From the NCBI GenBank assembly GCA_965205015.1, contig OZ242029.1:2848001-2912000 (forward strand): DNA of 64,000 nucleotides, read 5' to 3'. The position numbers and the translations under genes were made by a program. Below, in pieces: positions 9,430 through 19,814 of the stretch. The first letter of the stretch is position 1, and each line of letters opens with the position of its first letter. The notes under the pieces are model-generated. The model had not been told where the DNA came from. It worked only from the letters and a program-made list of their open reading frames with translations, and made no database searches. Source of the DNA: Candidatus Poribacteria bacterium. GTDB lineage: Bacteria; Poribacteria; WGA-4E; WGA-3G.

Positions 9430-10500
9430 CTAATGGGGGAAATGCCATTGACGCAAGGAGTCTGATGCTGACAAACCCGCTTCTTGCCCGAGCGCGAACG
9501 CCGTTGCGATCAGGTTTCGCTCGCCGGATATGATGTCACCGGCGGCAAAGAGTCCGGGAATCGGTGCTCCACTGCTGTCCAACATTTGCATATCCTCGTT
9601 TGCGATAATCAACCCTTCCTCATCCTTTTGATAATCCCACCCCTCAAGAAACTTCGTATTCGGGATGAGTCCTTCATCGACGAGGAAACCGTGGAAAAAC
9701 AATTCGCTCCCATCAACCATCTCAAATCCTAAGAGATCCGTTTTTTCGCCAATATGCCGTTTAATCTTTGTCTCAATGATATTAATTTTACGGGCTTTTA
9801 CCTGCTCCAACACAGGCGGCGACATACCGTGAGGTCTGCCGTTTGTCAGAATTGTAATTTTATCCGTAAAATCTTGTGCCCCAATCGCTGCTTCATAGAT
9901 ATAGTCTCCAACCCCGAGGAGTGCAAGATGCTCATTAACATGGAGATGCCCATCGCAACGAATGCAGACGTGCCACCCTTTTCGATTGCCTGCATAGCGG
10001 AATACCGTAGCATACTGCTTATATAAACGCTCAGCATCGGGATCAAATTCAATATCGGGCCACTTATCATCAAACCCAGCGGCAACGACGACGGTGCGGG
10101 ATTTAAAAGATGCCATCTCCGGCAGTGCATTTTTTTTCAGCGTTTTTGTAGATGCTTCGAGTTCAAATAGGCCGTCATTCCGTGTGAGTTTCGCAACCAT
10201 GCCGTCGCGAATGTCAATGCCTGTCTTGCGTTTCTCCGAACCCAGCATAAAATCAACGACGGGTCGGCTCTCCATCCATTTCATGAGTTCTTTTGCAAAA
10301 TTGGGTCCGATGATACCCGGAAAGACCGGTGCGTCTTCAATTTCTACCGACTTTGACCAGTAAGCGCGACCCCGACTAAAACTCACCTTTCCTGAGTGTA
10401 ACACCAAAACGTGTCGCATTTGATGGCTCGCTGAAACCGCTGCTTGTGCGCCAGCAGGTCCCGCGCCAATCACTGCAACATCGTAAATCGTTTCTTGCAT
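9430..10500 (-). CDS. FAD-dependent thioredoxin-reductase-like oxidoreductase
   Basis: IGAGPAG, CIRCDG (CxxC) and GLFAAGD; start moved to ATG 10500 after a GAGGAG SD. Confidence 0.75.
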   Translation of the reverse strand: MQETIYDVAVIGAGPAGAQAAVSASHQMRHVLVLHSGKVSFSRGRAYWSKSVEIEDAPVFPGIIGPNFAKELMKWMESRPVVDFMLGSEKRKTGIDIRDGMVAKLTRNDGLFELEASTKTLKKNALPEMASFKSRTVVVAAGFDDKWPDIEFDPDAERLYKQYATVFRYAGNRKGWHVCIRCDGHLHVNEHLALLGVGDYIYEAAIGAQDFTDKITILTNGRPHGMSPPVLEQVKARKINIIETKIKRHIGEKTDLLGFEMVDGSELFFHGFLVDEGLIPNTKFLEGWDYQKDEEGLIIANEDMQMLDSSGAPIPGLFAAGDIISGERNLIATAFALGQEAGLSASDSLRQWHFPH

Positions 10501-10518
10501 GGTTTTTCTCCTCATTTC

Positions 10519-11964
10519 TCAAAAGCCGTATTTTTTCCACTTTTCATCGACCAGTGCAATTACCTCGTCAGACATTTGGATCTCCTGGGGCCACTCGCGT
10601 TCGTATCCTTCCTCCGCCCATTTCGTTGTTGCATCGATGCCCATCTTCGAGCCTGCGCCCATAAGCGGTGCTGCATGGTCCAGCACATCAACAGGTCCTT
10701 CTACAATTGTCACATCCCTTTTCGGATCGACATTGCTGCCGACGTAGAAAAGCACCTCTTCGAGATTCTGGACGTTAACCTCTTTATCCACAACGATGAT
10801 AATCTTGCTGAACATCAACTGTCCGAGTCCCCACAGGCTGTGCATGATCTTCTTTGCATGATATGGGTAGCGTTTGTCGATAGAGATCAGCGCAAAATTG
10901 TGAAATACACCGAACAAGGGTAGATTCATATCGACGAGTTCTGGCAACTGCGTTTTAATCAACGGCATGAAGATTCGCTCAGTCGCTTTGCCCATGTAGC
11001 AATCCTCCATCGGCGGTTTACCGACGATGATCGTCTGATAGATCGGATTTTTCCGATGCGTAATCGCCGTGATATGAAGGAGCGGATATTCATCTGCCAA
11101 GGAATAAAACCCGGTATGGTCGCCGAAGGGTCCCTCTATACAGGTTTCATTCGGCTCGATGTACCCTTCAATCACGATGTCCGCGTCCGCAGGCACGAGC
11201 ATGTCAATCGTTTTGGCGGGCACCATCTCCACATTCGATTTTCGAAGAAACCCAGCGAAGAGAAGTTCATCAATCCCAGACGGAAGGGGGGCTGTGCCGA
11301 TATAAGACATCACGGGATCTCCGCCGAGTGCAATTGCGACGGGCATCTGTTGTGCCGCTTGTTGATATTCACGATGATGGCCAGCACCATCGTGATGAAT
11401 TTGCCAGTGCATCGCTAAGGCGTACGGCGTTATTTTTTGTAAACGGTATGTCCCAACGTTACGTTGCCCCGTTTTAAGGCTATGCGTGAAAACCTGCGGC
11501 AAGGTGATGTATTTATCGGCATCAAGGGGCCAGCATTTAATGAGGGGCAGGACATCTAAGGAGGCGTCCTCACCCGTAAGGACGACCTCTTGACATGCCC
11601 CTTTTTTCACCGTTTTAGGGGGAAAGTTCGTCAATTGCGACAGCAGTCGAAGAATTTTCATCTTATCAAGGAGGGAATCCGGGGGTCCTAATTTAATCAT
11701 ACTCTCAATTTCCGACGCGATTTCCCCAAGATCGTCAACGCCCAGTGCCATTGCCATCCGTTGATAAGACCCATAGGTATTGATGAGCAGCGGCATCTGA
11801 CTCCCTTCAACTTTTTCAAAGAGAAGCGCAGGACCGCCTGATTTACTCACCCTGTCGGTGATTTCAGCGATTTCCAGCTCCGGTGATACAGTTGTTTTGA
11901 TTCGTTTGAGTTCACCTGCTCGATCCAAGGCTTTCACAAACGCTGTGAGACTGTTGTATGCCAT
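10519..11964 (-). CDS. UbiD-family decarboxylase (menaquinone/futalosine-type)
   Basis: GGPALLFE, EGPFGDHTGFY, GKPPMED, DVLDHA and KMGIDAT motifs. Confidence 0.9.
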   Translation of the reverse strand: MAYNSLTAFVKALDRAGELKRIKTTVSPELEIAEITDRVSKSGGPALLFEKVEGSQMPLLINTYGSYQRMAMALGVDDLGEIASEIESMIKLGPPDSLLDKMKILRLLSQLTNFPPKTVKKGACQEVVLTGEDASLDVLPLIKCWPLDADKYITLPQVFTHSLKTGQRNVGTYRLQKITPYALAMHWQIHHDGAGHHREYQQAAQQMPVAIALGGDPVMSYIGTAPLPSGIDELLFAGFLRKSNVEMVPAKTIDMLVPADADIVIEGYIEPNETCIEGPFGDHTGFYSLADEYPLLHITAITHRKNPIYQTIIVGKPPMEDCYMGKATERIFMPLIKTQLPELVDMNLPLFGVFHNFALISIDKRYPYHAKKIMHSLWGLGQLMFSKIIIVVDKEVNVQNLEEVLFYVGSNVDPKRDVTIVEGPVDVLDHAAPLMGAGSKMGIDATTKWAEEGYEREWPQEIQMSDEVIALVDEKWKKYGF

Positions 11965-12117
11965 TTTTTTAATTATTCAATCTGAGTACCGTTCCACTTT
12001 GTTTCACGGTGGTTTCTGGTTAAATCAGGTCCGCATTGGGGCAGCCGACGTTTTCATTGCAAGAAAATGTATTGATTTGGAACAAAGACACACGTCGGTT
12101 AGCATGTTTATTTCCCG

Positions 12118-13656
12118 CTACCGCCTCTCCAAAATCTGCTTTAACCCTTGTTGATAGTTCCTATTTTCCGGTTCAAGTTCCAACGCCTTTCGGATCGTTG
12201 TCTCTGCCTGTAGAGAATCACCGCGCCGGAAATCAATGAGTGCGAGCGTGTTGTAATAACTTGCGACGTTTGGATCTAAGCGAACGGCTTCTTGAGCATG
12301 ATGCCGAGCGGTTTCTAAATCCGCTTTCGCTTGACGTGCGTAACATATACCCAAGTTATGGTGTATCTCGGCATTGTCAGGGACTAACGCCGCGCTCGCC
12401 TTATATGCCGCCACTGCCTCTGCATAACGCTGCTGCTTCAGCAGAATCATGCCAATCTTTAGGTGTGCCTCTAAAAGTTGGGGTTCCAACGCGGCGGCGC
12501 GCTGATAATGTTTCAGTGCAGATTCGGTTTCATTTTCGCTGAGATACGCCAAACCGAGTCCCGCATAAGCTTTGGCAAAATTCGGTTGGAGTTCCAACGC
12601 GTTCTGCTGTGCAGTAACGGCTTCCGAGTGTTTTCCAAGCATCGTATAAGCGATACCCAAACCGTTATAAGCAGGCACAAGTTCAGGGTCCATGCCGAGT
12701 GCTTTTTGGTATTCGCGTATCGCTTTCTCGTAAAACCCGTTTTTGAGATAGAGCCTCGCGATGTTGGTGAGAATCTGGGCACGTTCAGCTATATCTTGCG
12801 TCCGCTGCAACGCGCCTCGCAGTTGGTGCAGAGGTGTCAGTGCCGCTTTACGTGCCTCAAACAGTGTCATCTGCTCACGCGCTGCTGATGTATCCCCGGC
12901 GCGGAGATATGCTTGTGCGAGATTGTAGAGGACCTCAACTAACGTCTCATCGTACCTGTATGCGGTCCGATAAGATGCAATCGCATCAGCCCACCGCTTT
13001 TCTTGGGCATAAAGCAGCCCTAACTGGTAGTGTGCCGCTGCGAATTCCGGTGCGATGGCGATTGCGCGCTGTTGATGCCGCATCGCTGTGGAACGTTCGC
13101 CACGTTTGCTATAGACATTCCCGAGTTGATGATGAATCATCTTATCGTTCGGATCCAGAGCAACTGCTACTTTGTAAGCCTCGAGTGCTTCAGCGTAACG
13201 GTGCATGTTCGCGTAAGCACTCGCCAAGGCTGCGTGAGTATATGCCCAATCGGGGACGACTGCAATCGCGCGCTGATATACCGCAACGGCATCCTCAAAT
13301 TTCTCGAGTCCGGTATATGCCAACCCCAAACCGTAGTAGGCAGTGGAAATATCTGAATTGTGCTTAGGGCTCTCGTTTTCTGGGACTGCCTTCGCTTCCA
13401 TTGCGGCAATTATTCGATGATACTCGTCAACTGCTTCCGTGTAAGCCTCAATTTGGAGGTACGCTTTTGCGAGCTGCAGCCGAGTCTCAACCCGTGTGCC
13501 ATCAACCGCCAGTTCTGCTTTGTAAGCACGAATCCGCGCTGTGATGTCCGCAGCGTCTGTTTCTTGACAGAATGCGACTGGGATCTGCCAGAGAGTCAGG
13601 TGGTACCCGACGAGTGCCCCTAACACGACTGTGTAATAGGAAAGTTTCCGGACCAC
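12118..13656 (-). CDS. Exported tetratricopeptide-repeat protein
   Basis: N-terminal hydrophobic segment followed by many TPR units (AYYGLGLAY, AHYQLGLLY, AYNGLGIAY). Confidence 0.88.
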   Translation of the reverse strand: MVRKLSYYTVVLGALVGYHLTLWQIPVAFCQETDAADITARIRAYKAELAVDGTRVETRLQLAKAYLQIEAYTEAVDEYHRIIAAMEAKAVPENESPKHNSDISTAYYGLGLAYTGLEKFEDAVAVYQRAIAVVPDWAYTHAALASAYANMHRYAEALEAYKVAVALDPNDKMIHHQLGNVYSKRGERSTAMRHQQRAIAIAPEFAAAHYQLGLLYAQEKRWADAIASYRTAYRYDETLVEVLYNLAQAYLRAGDTSAAREQMTLFEARKAALTPLHQLRGALQRTQDIAERAQILTNIARLYLKNGFYEKAIREYQKALGMDPELVPAYNGLGIAYTMLGKHSEAVTAQQNALELQPNFAKAYAGLGLAYLSENETESALKHYQRAAALEPQLLEAHLKIGMILLKQQRYAEAVAAYKASAALVPDNAEIHHNLGICYARQAKADLETARHHAQEAVRLDPNVASYYNTLALIDFRRGDSLQAETTIRKALELEPENRNYQQGLKQILERR

Positions 13657-13690
13657 TTGCTACCGCTCCAGTGGTGAAATGGAACACCAC

Positions 13691-14353
13691 CTAAAAACGT
13701 TGTTTGAGTCGTCCCCACGTAGTAGCCAATTTATCCAGGGGTTCCACCGGTGTAAGACCAGCGATAGCATCCCCCGAGACTTGGACATCATCAAAACTCG
13801 CGGCTGTTTCCCATGCCCACACCCCAGCTTGCCCAGCGGGGTATCCAGCCCCGGTTTCATCCTTAAGTTCTCCCTGCTCTTCACCGTTAATCCAGAGTTT
13901 CATTGAATTGCCTTCCACGACGACCCGCATGTCAAACCATTCGCCGTTCGCGATGGTGACGTTGGATCCGGGAAGTTCACCGATCTTGTCGCGTGCATCC
14001 CATGCGCCTGTCTTATGTCGCCAAAGTTCTGTTTTGTTATTCGGGACGTTGAGATAGTAGACATAGTATTCCATCTCACTTTGGGCGCGATAAACAACAC
14101 CCGCCCAGTTGCCTTCATCAAGTCGAACTTTCGCCTCAACAGTGTAATCTTCCCATGCAGCATCACCGACGAGGGAGTGCTCGGCTCTACCGCCCTTAGC
14201 GAGTTTATATATGCCGTCCTCAACACTCCAAGAGCCGTTGGCAGGTTTCCAATCGGCTGCGTCTGATTCAAAGGACCAAGTCTGTTCACCCGCAAAAGCG
14301 AAGGAGGCTGTGAGTAAACAGCAACTGACAACAATTAAAAAAAGAGACTTCAT
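13691..14353 (-). CDS. Secreted DUF1080/3-keto-disaccharide-hydrolase-like beta-sandwich protein with KLATTWGRLK tail
   Basis: Signal peptide from ATG 14353 (AGGAG SD); WEDYTVEAKV, AGVVYR, ASFDDV; ends PVEPLDKLATTWGRLKQRF. Confidence 0.75.
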   Translation of the reverse strand: MKSLFLIVVSCCLLTASFAFAGEQTWSFESDAADWKPANGSWSVEDGIYKLAKGGRAEHSLVGDAAWEDYTVEAKVRLDEGNWAGVVYRAQSEMEYYVYYLNVPNNKTELWRHKTGAWDARDKIGELPGSNVTIANGEWFDMRVVVEGNSMKLWINGEEQGELKDETGAGYPAGQAGVWAWETAASFDDVQVSGDAIAGLTPVEPLDKLATTWGRLKQRF

Positions 14354-14371
14354 AAAATCACTCCTATTATA

Positions 14372-14501
14372 GTAATGCGTGGGCAGGTACAAGACCTGCC
14401 CCTACAGTCGTTTTTTGGGATAGGATTACCGATTAATTCGGTAATGCGTGGGCAGGCACAAGACCTGCCCCTACAGTCGTTTTTTGGGATAGGATTACCG
14501 A
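14372..14501. repeat. Tandem 61-bp direct repeat (period 69) containing a GTAG-type REP-like hairpin
   Basis: Copies at 14372-14432 and 14441-14501 differ at 1 nt; the minus strand reads GTAG-GGGCAGG-TCTTGT[A/G]-CCTGCCC. Confidence 0.9.
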
Positions 14502-14586
14502 AATATTTTCTTAAACTTCATGAAACCCCGCCAGCGAGAATGGACGATTCTGCCCCTAAAACTTCTGAGGTCAAATCACCCAAAAA

Positions 14587-15270
14587 TTAGTAGACCCGTT
14601 TGAGACGTCCCCATGTCGTTGCGAGTTTATGATTCGCATCAACGGCAAGGGTATCTATGACATTATCACCGGTAATCATGACATCGTCAAAACTCGCGGC
14701 TGTTTCCCAGCCCCAAACACCGATCTTGCCGGTTTTGTAGGTGTCGTCTTTCTGTTCACTCTGAAGTTCACCGTTGATATGCAGTTGGAAGATACCGCCT
14801 TCAGCGATGACTTTAACGTCATACCACTCTTCGTTCTCTATCTTCACTTTTTTAGTGGCGGGAATATTACTGGTAATCGCGACACGCGAATCCCACGCCC
14901 CCTTGTTATGCCTCCAAAGCTCAGACTTGTTATTTGGAACGTTCAGGTAATAGACGTAATACTCATGCTCACTTTGGGCTCGAAAGATTAAACCTGCCCA
15001 ATTATGCTCATCCATTCGGATTTTTGCTTCGACGGTGTAGTCGTCCCAATCCTCTTCACCGACAAGGGAATGTTCAGCTCTACCGCCTCTCTCGAGTTGG
15101 TAGATACCGCCCTTGATTTCCCAATTGCCGTTCGCGACTTTCCAATCCTTATGCTTTTCCTCAAAGTCCCACAATTGGGTACCTGCGAATGTTGGTAACG
15201 AAAACGCGACCCCCAAAAGTATAATAAGACTCAAGGTAACGAACTTTGAGAATCCAATAGCCGTTCTCAT
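14587..15270 (-). CDS. Secreted DUF1080-like protein, paralog of 13691-14353
   Basis: Shares GGRAEHSLVG, YYVYYLNVPNNK and WETAASFDDV with its neighbour; ends AVDANHKLATTWGRLKRVY; start at ATG 15270. Confidence 0.75.
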   Translation of the reverse strand: MRTAIGFSKFVTLSLIILLGVAFSLPTFAGTQLWDFEEKHKDWKVANGNWEIKGGIYQLERGGRAEHSLVGEEDWDDYTVEAKIRMDEHNWAGLIFRAQSEHEYYVYYLNVPNNKSELWRHNKGAWDSRVAITSNIPATKKVKIENEEWYDVKVIAEGGIFQLHINGELQSEQKDDTYKTGKIGVWGWETAASFDDVMITGDNVIDTLAVDANHKLATTWGRLKRVY

Positions 15271-15424
15271 GCCTTCTTCTCCTATTTTTCGTGAATACAA
15301 TTTAGAACTTGTCACCACATTTCTGCCGTTGTAGTGTCGCCAGAGATCCCACAAGTAGAATAACGTTAAAAATCGAAAAAGTCAACATTAACTTCAAAAA
15401 TGTTCAAGGTTCTTTCGTTCTTCT

Positions 15425-15525
15425 GTAGGCGGAAACTCCGATTTCCGACTTTTCGTTGTAGGAGGGACCTCTCAGTCGCGATTTATCACACAGAACCGAC
15501 AGAAATCCGAAAACTGAATAACCCT
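15425..15525 (+). repeat. REP/MITE-like element (GTAG hairpins plus conserved 3' arm), related to 29206-29275
   Basis: GTAGGCGGAAACTCCGATTTCCGACTTT vs GTAGGAGGGAACTCCGATTCCCGACTTT; ACCGACAGAAATCCGAAAACTGAATAACCCT vs ACCAATAGGAAACCGAAAGCTAAATAGTCCT. Confidence 0.6.
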
Positions 15526-15651
15526 GTAAGAATGTTAGGGGCAGTCAGTTTTAAAACTTGCATCTAACCCTGTTATCGTGTATCCTAAAAGTATTCAGAT
15601 ACGCTTAGACGCTATCCATTATGAAATCACAGAATTAGAAAGGAAAACATT

Positions 15652-16629
15652 TTGCGTGTAAGGATTTTAATCACACTTTTAATCGCCTGTTTTGCTGTGA
15701 TAGAGGCAGCTCCCGCGGCACTGAAAGTCGGTCTCATCTATGATGTCACCGGGCGCGGCGATCTCTCATTCTGCGATGCCGCCTACGCAGGCGCGAAAAA
15801 AGCAGAAGACGAATGGGGCTTCAAACTCACAGAGGTCACGCCGAGTCTCAGCACAGATAACGAATTGACGCTCCGCAGGCTGGCGAAACTGAAATATGAT
15901 CTTATCATCGGGGTCGGTTTCCTTTTTCAAGAACCGATGAACCGGGTCGCAAGCGATTTCCCGGATGTCAAGTTTGCGCTTATTGACGCAATCATAGAAC
16001 AACCGAACGTCGCGTCGCTGACCTATCGAGCCCACGAAGGGACGTTCCTCGCGGGTGTCATCTCAGCGTTGAAAACAGAGACAAAGCGGATAGGTTTCAT
16101 CGGAGGGATGAAGGTGCCGCTGGTTGAGGCTTTTGAAATCGGTTATCGCGCCGGTATTAAGGCAACAAACCCCGATCTTGAACTGGTGGCGGATTACGTG
16201 GGTGTTACGCCGCAAGCCTTCAACGATCCAGCGAAAGCCAAAGAACTCGCCCTCTCGCAATATAACCGCGGGATAGATATTATCCTTGCCGCTGCCGGTG
16301 CGAGCGGCTTGGGTGTTCTTGAGGCGGCGAAGGCGACAGAAAAATCAATCATCTGGGTGGATTCCAACGGTAACAATCTCGCTCCCGGTTTAGTGCTTAC
16401 GAGTGTCATCAAGGGCGTGGAAATATCGGTTTATGAGACGATAAAGAGCGTCCAAGAAGGGAATTTTTCTGGGGGTCTGAAAGATTATGGGCTTAAAGAG
16501 GGAGGCGTTGAGTACATCGTTGATGATGTCAATCGCGACCTTCTCTCGGACGAGATTCTGGAACAGGTCGAGGCATTTAAAGCAAAAATTATCGCGGGCG
16601 ATATCGTCGTTCCGTACGAACGGCAGTAG
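15652..16629 (+). CDS. BMP-family (nucleoside) ABC transporter substrate-binding protein
   Basis: GRGDLSF, IGVGF, IGFIGGM, FNDPAKAKE and WVDSN motifs. Confidence 0.9.
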   Translation: MRVRILITLLIACFAVIEAAPAALKVGLIYDVTGRGDLSFCDAAYAGAKKAEDEWGFKLTEVTPSLSTDNELTLRRLAKLKYDLIIGVGFLFQEPMNRVASDFPDVKFALIDAIIEQPNVASLTYRAHEGTFLAGVISALKTETKRIGFIGGMKVPLVEAFEIGYRAGIKATNPDLELVADYVGVTPQAFNDPAKAKELALSQYNRGIDIILAAAGASGLGVLEAAKATEKSIIWVDSNGNNLAPGLVLTSVIKGVEISVYETIKSVQEGNFSGGLKDYGLKEGGVEYIVDDVNRDLLSDEILEQVEAFKAKIIAGDIVVPYERQ

Positions 16630-16631
16630 AG

Positions 16632-18161
16632 ATGGCACATACACCGATCATTGAGATGCATGACATCCGCAAGCGGTTTGGACAGGTGCAGGCGAACGAC
16701 GCTGTAGATTTCACGCTCCATCGGGGTGAGATCCACGCCATTGTTGGTGAAAACGGGGCAGGTAAGTCTACACTGATGAAAATTCTCTACGGTCTGTATC
16801 AGCCCGATGCAGGCGAGATTTTCGTTGATGGACACGCTGTGAATATTTCCTCGCCACGGCGCGCCATGCAGCTCGGTTTGGGGATGGTCCAACAGCACTT
16901 TACGCTGATTCCCGTCTTCACGGCGCTTCAGAACATCGTCCTTGCCAAAGAGCCGCGCAAATTCGGCGCACTTCTCGATGAGCAACAGGCAGAGGAACAG
17001 ATTACTGCCCTCGCGGCGCAGCTCGGTTTCGATGTACCGCTGAACATCCCTGTCGAATCCCTACCGATCGGTAGACAACAACACACCGAAATCCTGAAAG
17101 TTCTCTACCACGGTGCAGACATCCTCATCATGGATGAACCGACAGCCGTGCTCGCACCCCAAGAGGTCGAAGGACTTTTTAAGTGTATGCGTAGCCTCAA
17201 AAGCGAGGGAAAAAGCCTCATTATCATCACACATAAACTCGATGAAGTCATGGCAATCGCTGACCGTGTCACAGTAATGCGACGCGGGCAAGCCGTCGCC
17301 TCCTGTCCGATTGAAGACACTGATCCGCCAACGTTAGCAGAGACGATGCTCGGTGAACCTGTTATCCCTACCGCTGTCACGCGAGAGCAGGCGATAGGTA
17401 CAACACCTCTGCTCCGTTTGGAAAACGTCACACTTTCAGAAAATGCTGATACCACAAAGAGGCACAAATGGAAAAAGGTACTGACAAATAGCGCATCCAA
17501 CAAACGACATCTCAACGAAGTGAACCTTGAAGTCTTCCCGGGTGAAATCGTCGGTATCGCAGGTGTGGAAGGGAACGGGCAGTCGGAACTCGTTCAGGTC
17601 CTGACGGGGTTACGACAGATTGATAGTGGCACGCTCACGCTTAACGGAGAACGGATCGCGCACGTCCCTGCCGATAGACATCGACACGGTATTAGTCTGA
17701 ATGACCGAATTGACGATAACTTCATCATCGGACATCATAAACACAGCCGATTCTGCCGCTATGAACTGCTTCAACGAAAATCGATTCAACGGTATGCCCT
17801 GAATGCTCTCGATAAATACCAGATTCGTGTCGGAAATATCACGGATCCGATTCGGACCCTTTCCGGTGGAAATCAGCAGAAGGTCGTTGTCGCGCGTGAG
17901 TTAGAGGCGCGTCCTGAAGTTATCATTGCCGCACACCCAACACGGGGTTTGGACATCCATGCAGCGGAATTCGTCCACACACGGCTTATTCATGCCCGTA
18001 ACCGCGCCAAAGCTATTTTACTCGTCTCCTCTGAATTGGATGAACTCCTTCACCTTAGCGACAGGATCGCAGTGATGTATGATGGCAAAATTGTCGGTAT
18101 TGTAAAGCCTGCAGAAACCAACAAACAAGAGTTGGGTGCCCTGATGCTCGGTTTGACGTAG
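16632..18161 (+). CDS. Nucleoside/sugar ABC transporter ATP-binding protein (duplicated NBD)
   Basis: GENGAGKST, MDEPTAVL, GVEGNGQSEL, LSGGNQQK, PTRGLD. Confidence 0.92.
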   Translation: MAHTPIIEMHDIRKRFGQVQANDAVDFTLHRGEIHAIVGENGAGKSTLMKILYGLYQPDAGEIFVDGHAVNISSPRRAMQLGLGMVQQHFTLIPVFTALQNIVLAKEPRKFGALLDEQQAEEQITALAAQLGFDVPLNIPVESLPIGRQQHTEILKVLYHGADILIMDEPTAVLAPQEVEGLFKCMRSLKSEGKSLIIITHKLDEVMAIADRVTVMRRGQAVASCPIEDTDPPTLAETMLGEPVIPTAVTREQAIGTTPLLRLENVTLSENADTTKRHKWKKVLTNSASNKRHLNEVNLEVFPGEIVGIAGVEGNGQSELVQVLTGLRQIDSGTLTLNGERIAHVPADRHRHGISLNDRIDDNFIIGHHKHSRFCRYELLQRKSIQRYALNALDKYQIRVGNITDPIRTLSGGNQQKVVVARELEARPEVIIAAHPTRGLDIHAAEFVHTRLIHARNRAKAILLVSSELDELLHLSDRIAVMYDGKIVGIVKPAETNKQELGALMLGLT

Positions 18162-18174
18162 TGCTCACGTTAGA

Positions 18175-18203
18175 TTGACAAATGCTACAGGACACGCTAT
18201 ACT
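18175..18203 (+). promoter_or_regulatory. sigma70-type promoter
   Basis: TTGACA-17 nt-TATACT, followed by a GGAGG SD and ATG at 18224. Confidence 0.65.
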
Positions 18204-18223
18204 ATACAATGGAGGAAGGCACT

Positions 18224-18685
18224 ATGAAATATACTTTATTTTTCTTTGCTGCGTTTTTTGTGATTATATCACCTACCTTTGGCGAATTAACGTCTCAGGA
18301 CCTTGACAAAATCCGTCTAATTGTCAAAGAGGAGGTTTCTGAAGTGGAGACACGACTCAGAGCAGAAATCGCTGAATCCGAAAAGCGGCTGAGAACCGAA
18401 ATCGCTGAATCCGAGTCGAATATGAGAAGATATGTTGATCTCAAATTTGAGGGGGTTGACACCAAATTTGAGGGGGTTGATGCCAGCTTTGAGAGTGTTC
18501 ACAAACAACTTCTTTTAGTTGTAGGATTCGTATCTGGGCTCATAATTCTCATCGTTGTAACCATAGGCATCCCACAGATTATCATGGCGTGGCGGGGGAA
18601 AAACGAGCGGTCACAAGATAGAAGAATAGAAGAATTGTCACGAGAAATAGAAGCCCTTAAGCAAAAGCACATTGTAAGCCCTTAG
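18224..18685 (+). CDS. Hypothetical membrane-anchored coiled-coil protein with short internal repeats
   Basis: Signal peptide; RLR[AT]EIAESE x2, KFEGVD x2; one TM helix and a coiled-coil tail. Confidence 0.75.
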   Translation: MKYTLFFFAAFFVIISPTFGELTSQDLDKIRLIVKEEVSEVETRLRAEIAESEKRLRTEIAESESNMRRYVDLKFEGVDTKFEGVDASFESVHKQLLLVVGFVSGLIILIVVTIGIPQIIMAWRGKNERSQDRRIEELSREIEALKQKHIVSP

Positions 18686-18709
18686 AAGTCTGAGCAGCGT
18701 TTACGCCCA

Positions 18710-18743
18710 AACCCACCTGACCGAACCGCAAGGTATAATTAAA
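18710..18743 (+). repeat. Dispersed 24-bp repeat, copy 1
   Basis: AACCCACCTGACCGAACCGCAAGG followed by TATAATTAAA; 23/24 identical to 43885-43908. Confidence 0.7.
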
Positions 18744-18745
18744 AA

Positions 18746-19594
18746 ATGATAATTGATTCACATACACACGCATGGCCCCGGTGGCCCTATCAACCGCCCG
18801 TTCCTGATGACGAAAGTCGCGGCAAAGTTGAACAACTCCTCCACGAAATGGATCTGCACGATGTCGACAAAGCCGTGCTTATCTGCGCACGCATCGATCG
18901 AAACCCCGAAAACAACGATTACGTTGCCGCGTGTGTCGAACGCTATCCTGAGCGGCTCATCCAGTTTGCCGATGTGGACTGCTCATGGACAGAGACGTAT
19001 CACACGGATGGTGCCGCCGATCGGTTGAAAACTGCAGCAGAAGCGTATTCCCTCAAAGGCTATACGCACTATCTCAGAGGTAATGACGATGGGAGTTGGT
19101 TCTTTTCAGCGGAGGGACAACGTTTCTTCCAGACAACAGCCGACCTCGGACTCATCGCCAGCATCGCGATGGGAAGCCATCAGCACGAGGCACTCCGAAA
19201 ACTCGCCGCGCAGTTCCCGACTGTGCCATTTCTGTGCCATCACATGGGCGGTGCGCGCGCCGGTGAGGCACCTCCGTATCCGCAGCTCAAGCAGGTGCTG
19301 GCATCAGGGGACGTGTCGAACATTCATATCAAGATGTCGGGTTTCGCGTATGTCTCACAGGTCCCATGGGATTATCCTCAGTCAGACACACATTGGATTG
19401 TGCGTGCCCTCTACGAACACTTCGGGCCTGCTCGGCTCTGTTGGGGGTCTGACTACCCAGTTGTTCGGAACTTTATGACCTATCAGCACGCACTTGAGGC
19501 GTTCCGAACGCACTGTCCATTTATCCCAGAGGCAGACAAAACAGCGATTTTAGGCGGAACGCTTGGGCGTCTACTTGGGAACGCAGGCAAATAG
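18746..19594 (+). CDS. Amidohydrolase_2-family metal-dependent hydrolase
   Basis: IIDSHTH, LCHHMG, IKMSG and WGSDYP motifs. Confidence 0.88.
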   Translation: MIIDSHTHAWPRWPYQPPVPDDESRGKVEQLLHEMDLHDVDKAVLICARIDRNPENNDYVAACVERYPERLIQFADVDCSWTETYHTDGAADRLKTAAEAYSLKGYTHYLRGNDDGSWFFSAEGQRFFQTTADLGLIASIAMGSHQHEALRKLAAQFPTVPFLCHHMGGARAGEAPPYPQLKQVLASGDVSNIHIKMSGFAYVSQVPWDYPQSDTHWIVRALYEHFGPARLCWGSDYPVVRNFMTYQHALEAFRTHCPFIPEADKTAILGGTLGRLLGNAGK

Positions 19595-19814
19595 CACTTC
19601 CTTTCTTCTGTGGCATCACGGCACTATTAACTTTCCTGTTCACAAAAAGATGGATGACTGAAAAATCCCAAGTCAACCAGAGACGGCATTTGAGCGTTTG
19701 ACAAAAAAGTTGCTTTTTTAATGAGTTTAAGGTATAATAAGAGTTAAGGTTAAAATGGTATAGTGTTACTATTGCGTTTCGTAAGGTAAATCCCAAAAAA
19801 ATGGAGAAATCAAG

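Noticed and set aside
14372-14501. Possible CRISPR array
   Set aside because: Only two 61-bp copies separated by 8 nt, with no unique spacers and no cas genes. It fits a tandem REP-containing duplication.
14375-14590. 71-aa ORF with a repeated peptide (RiPP precursor-like)
   Set aside because: The repeat is just the translation of the 69-bp DNA tandem duplication, on the strand opposite the flanking genes, with no modifying enzymes nearby.
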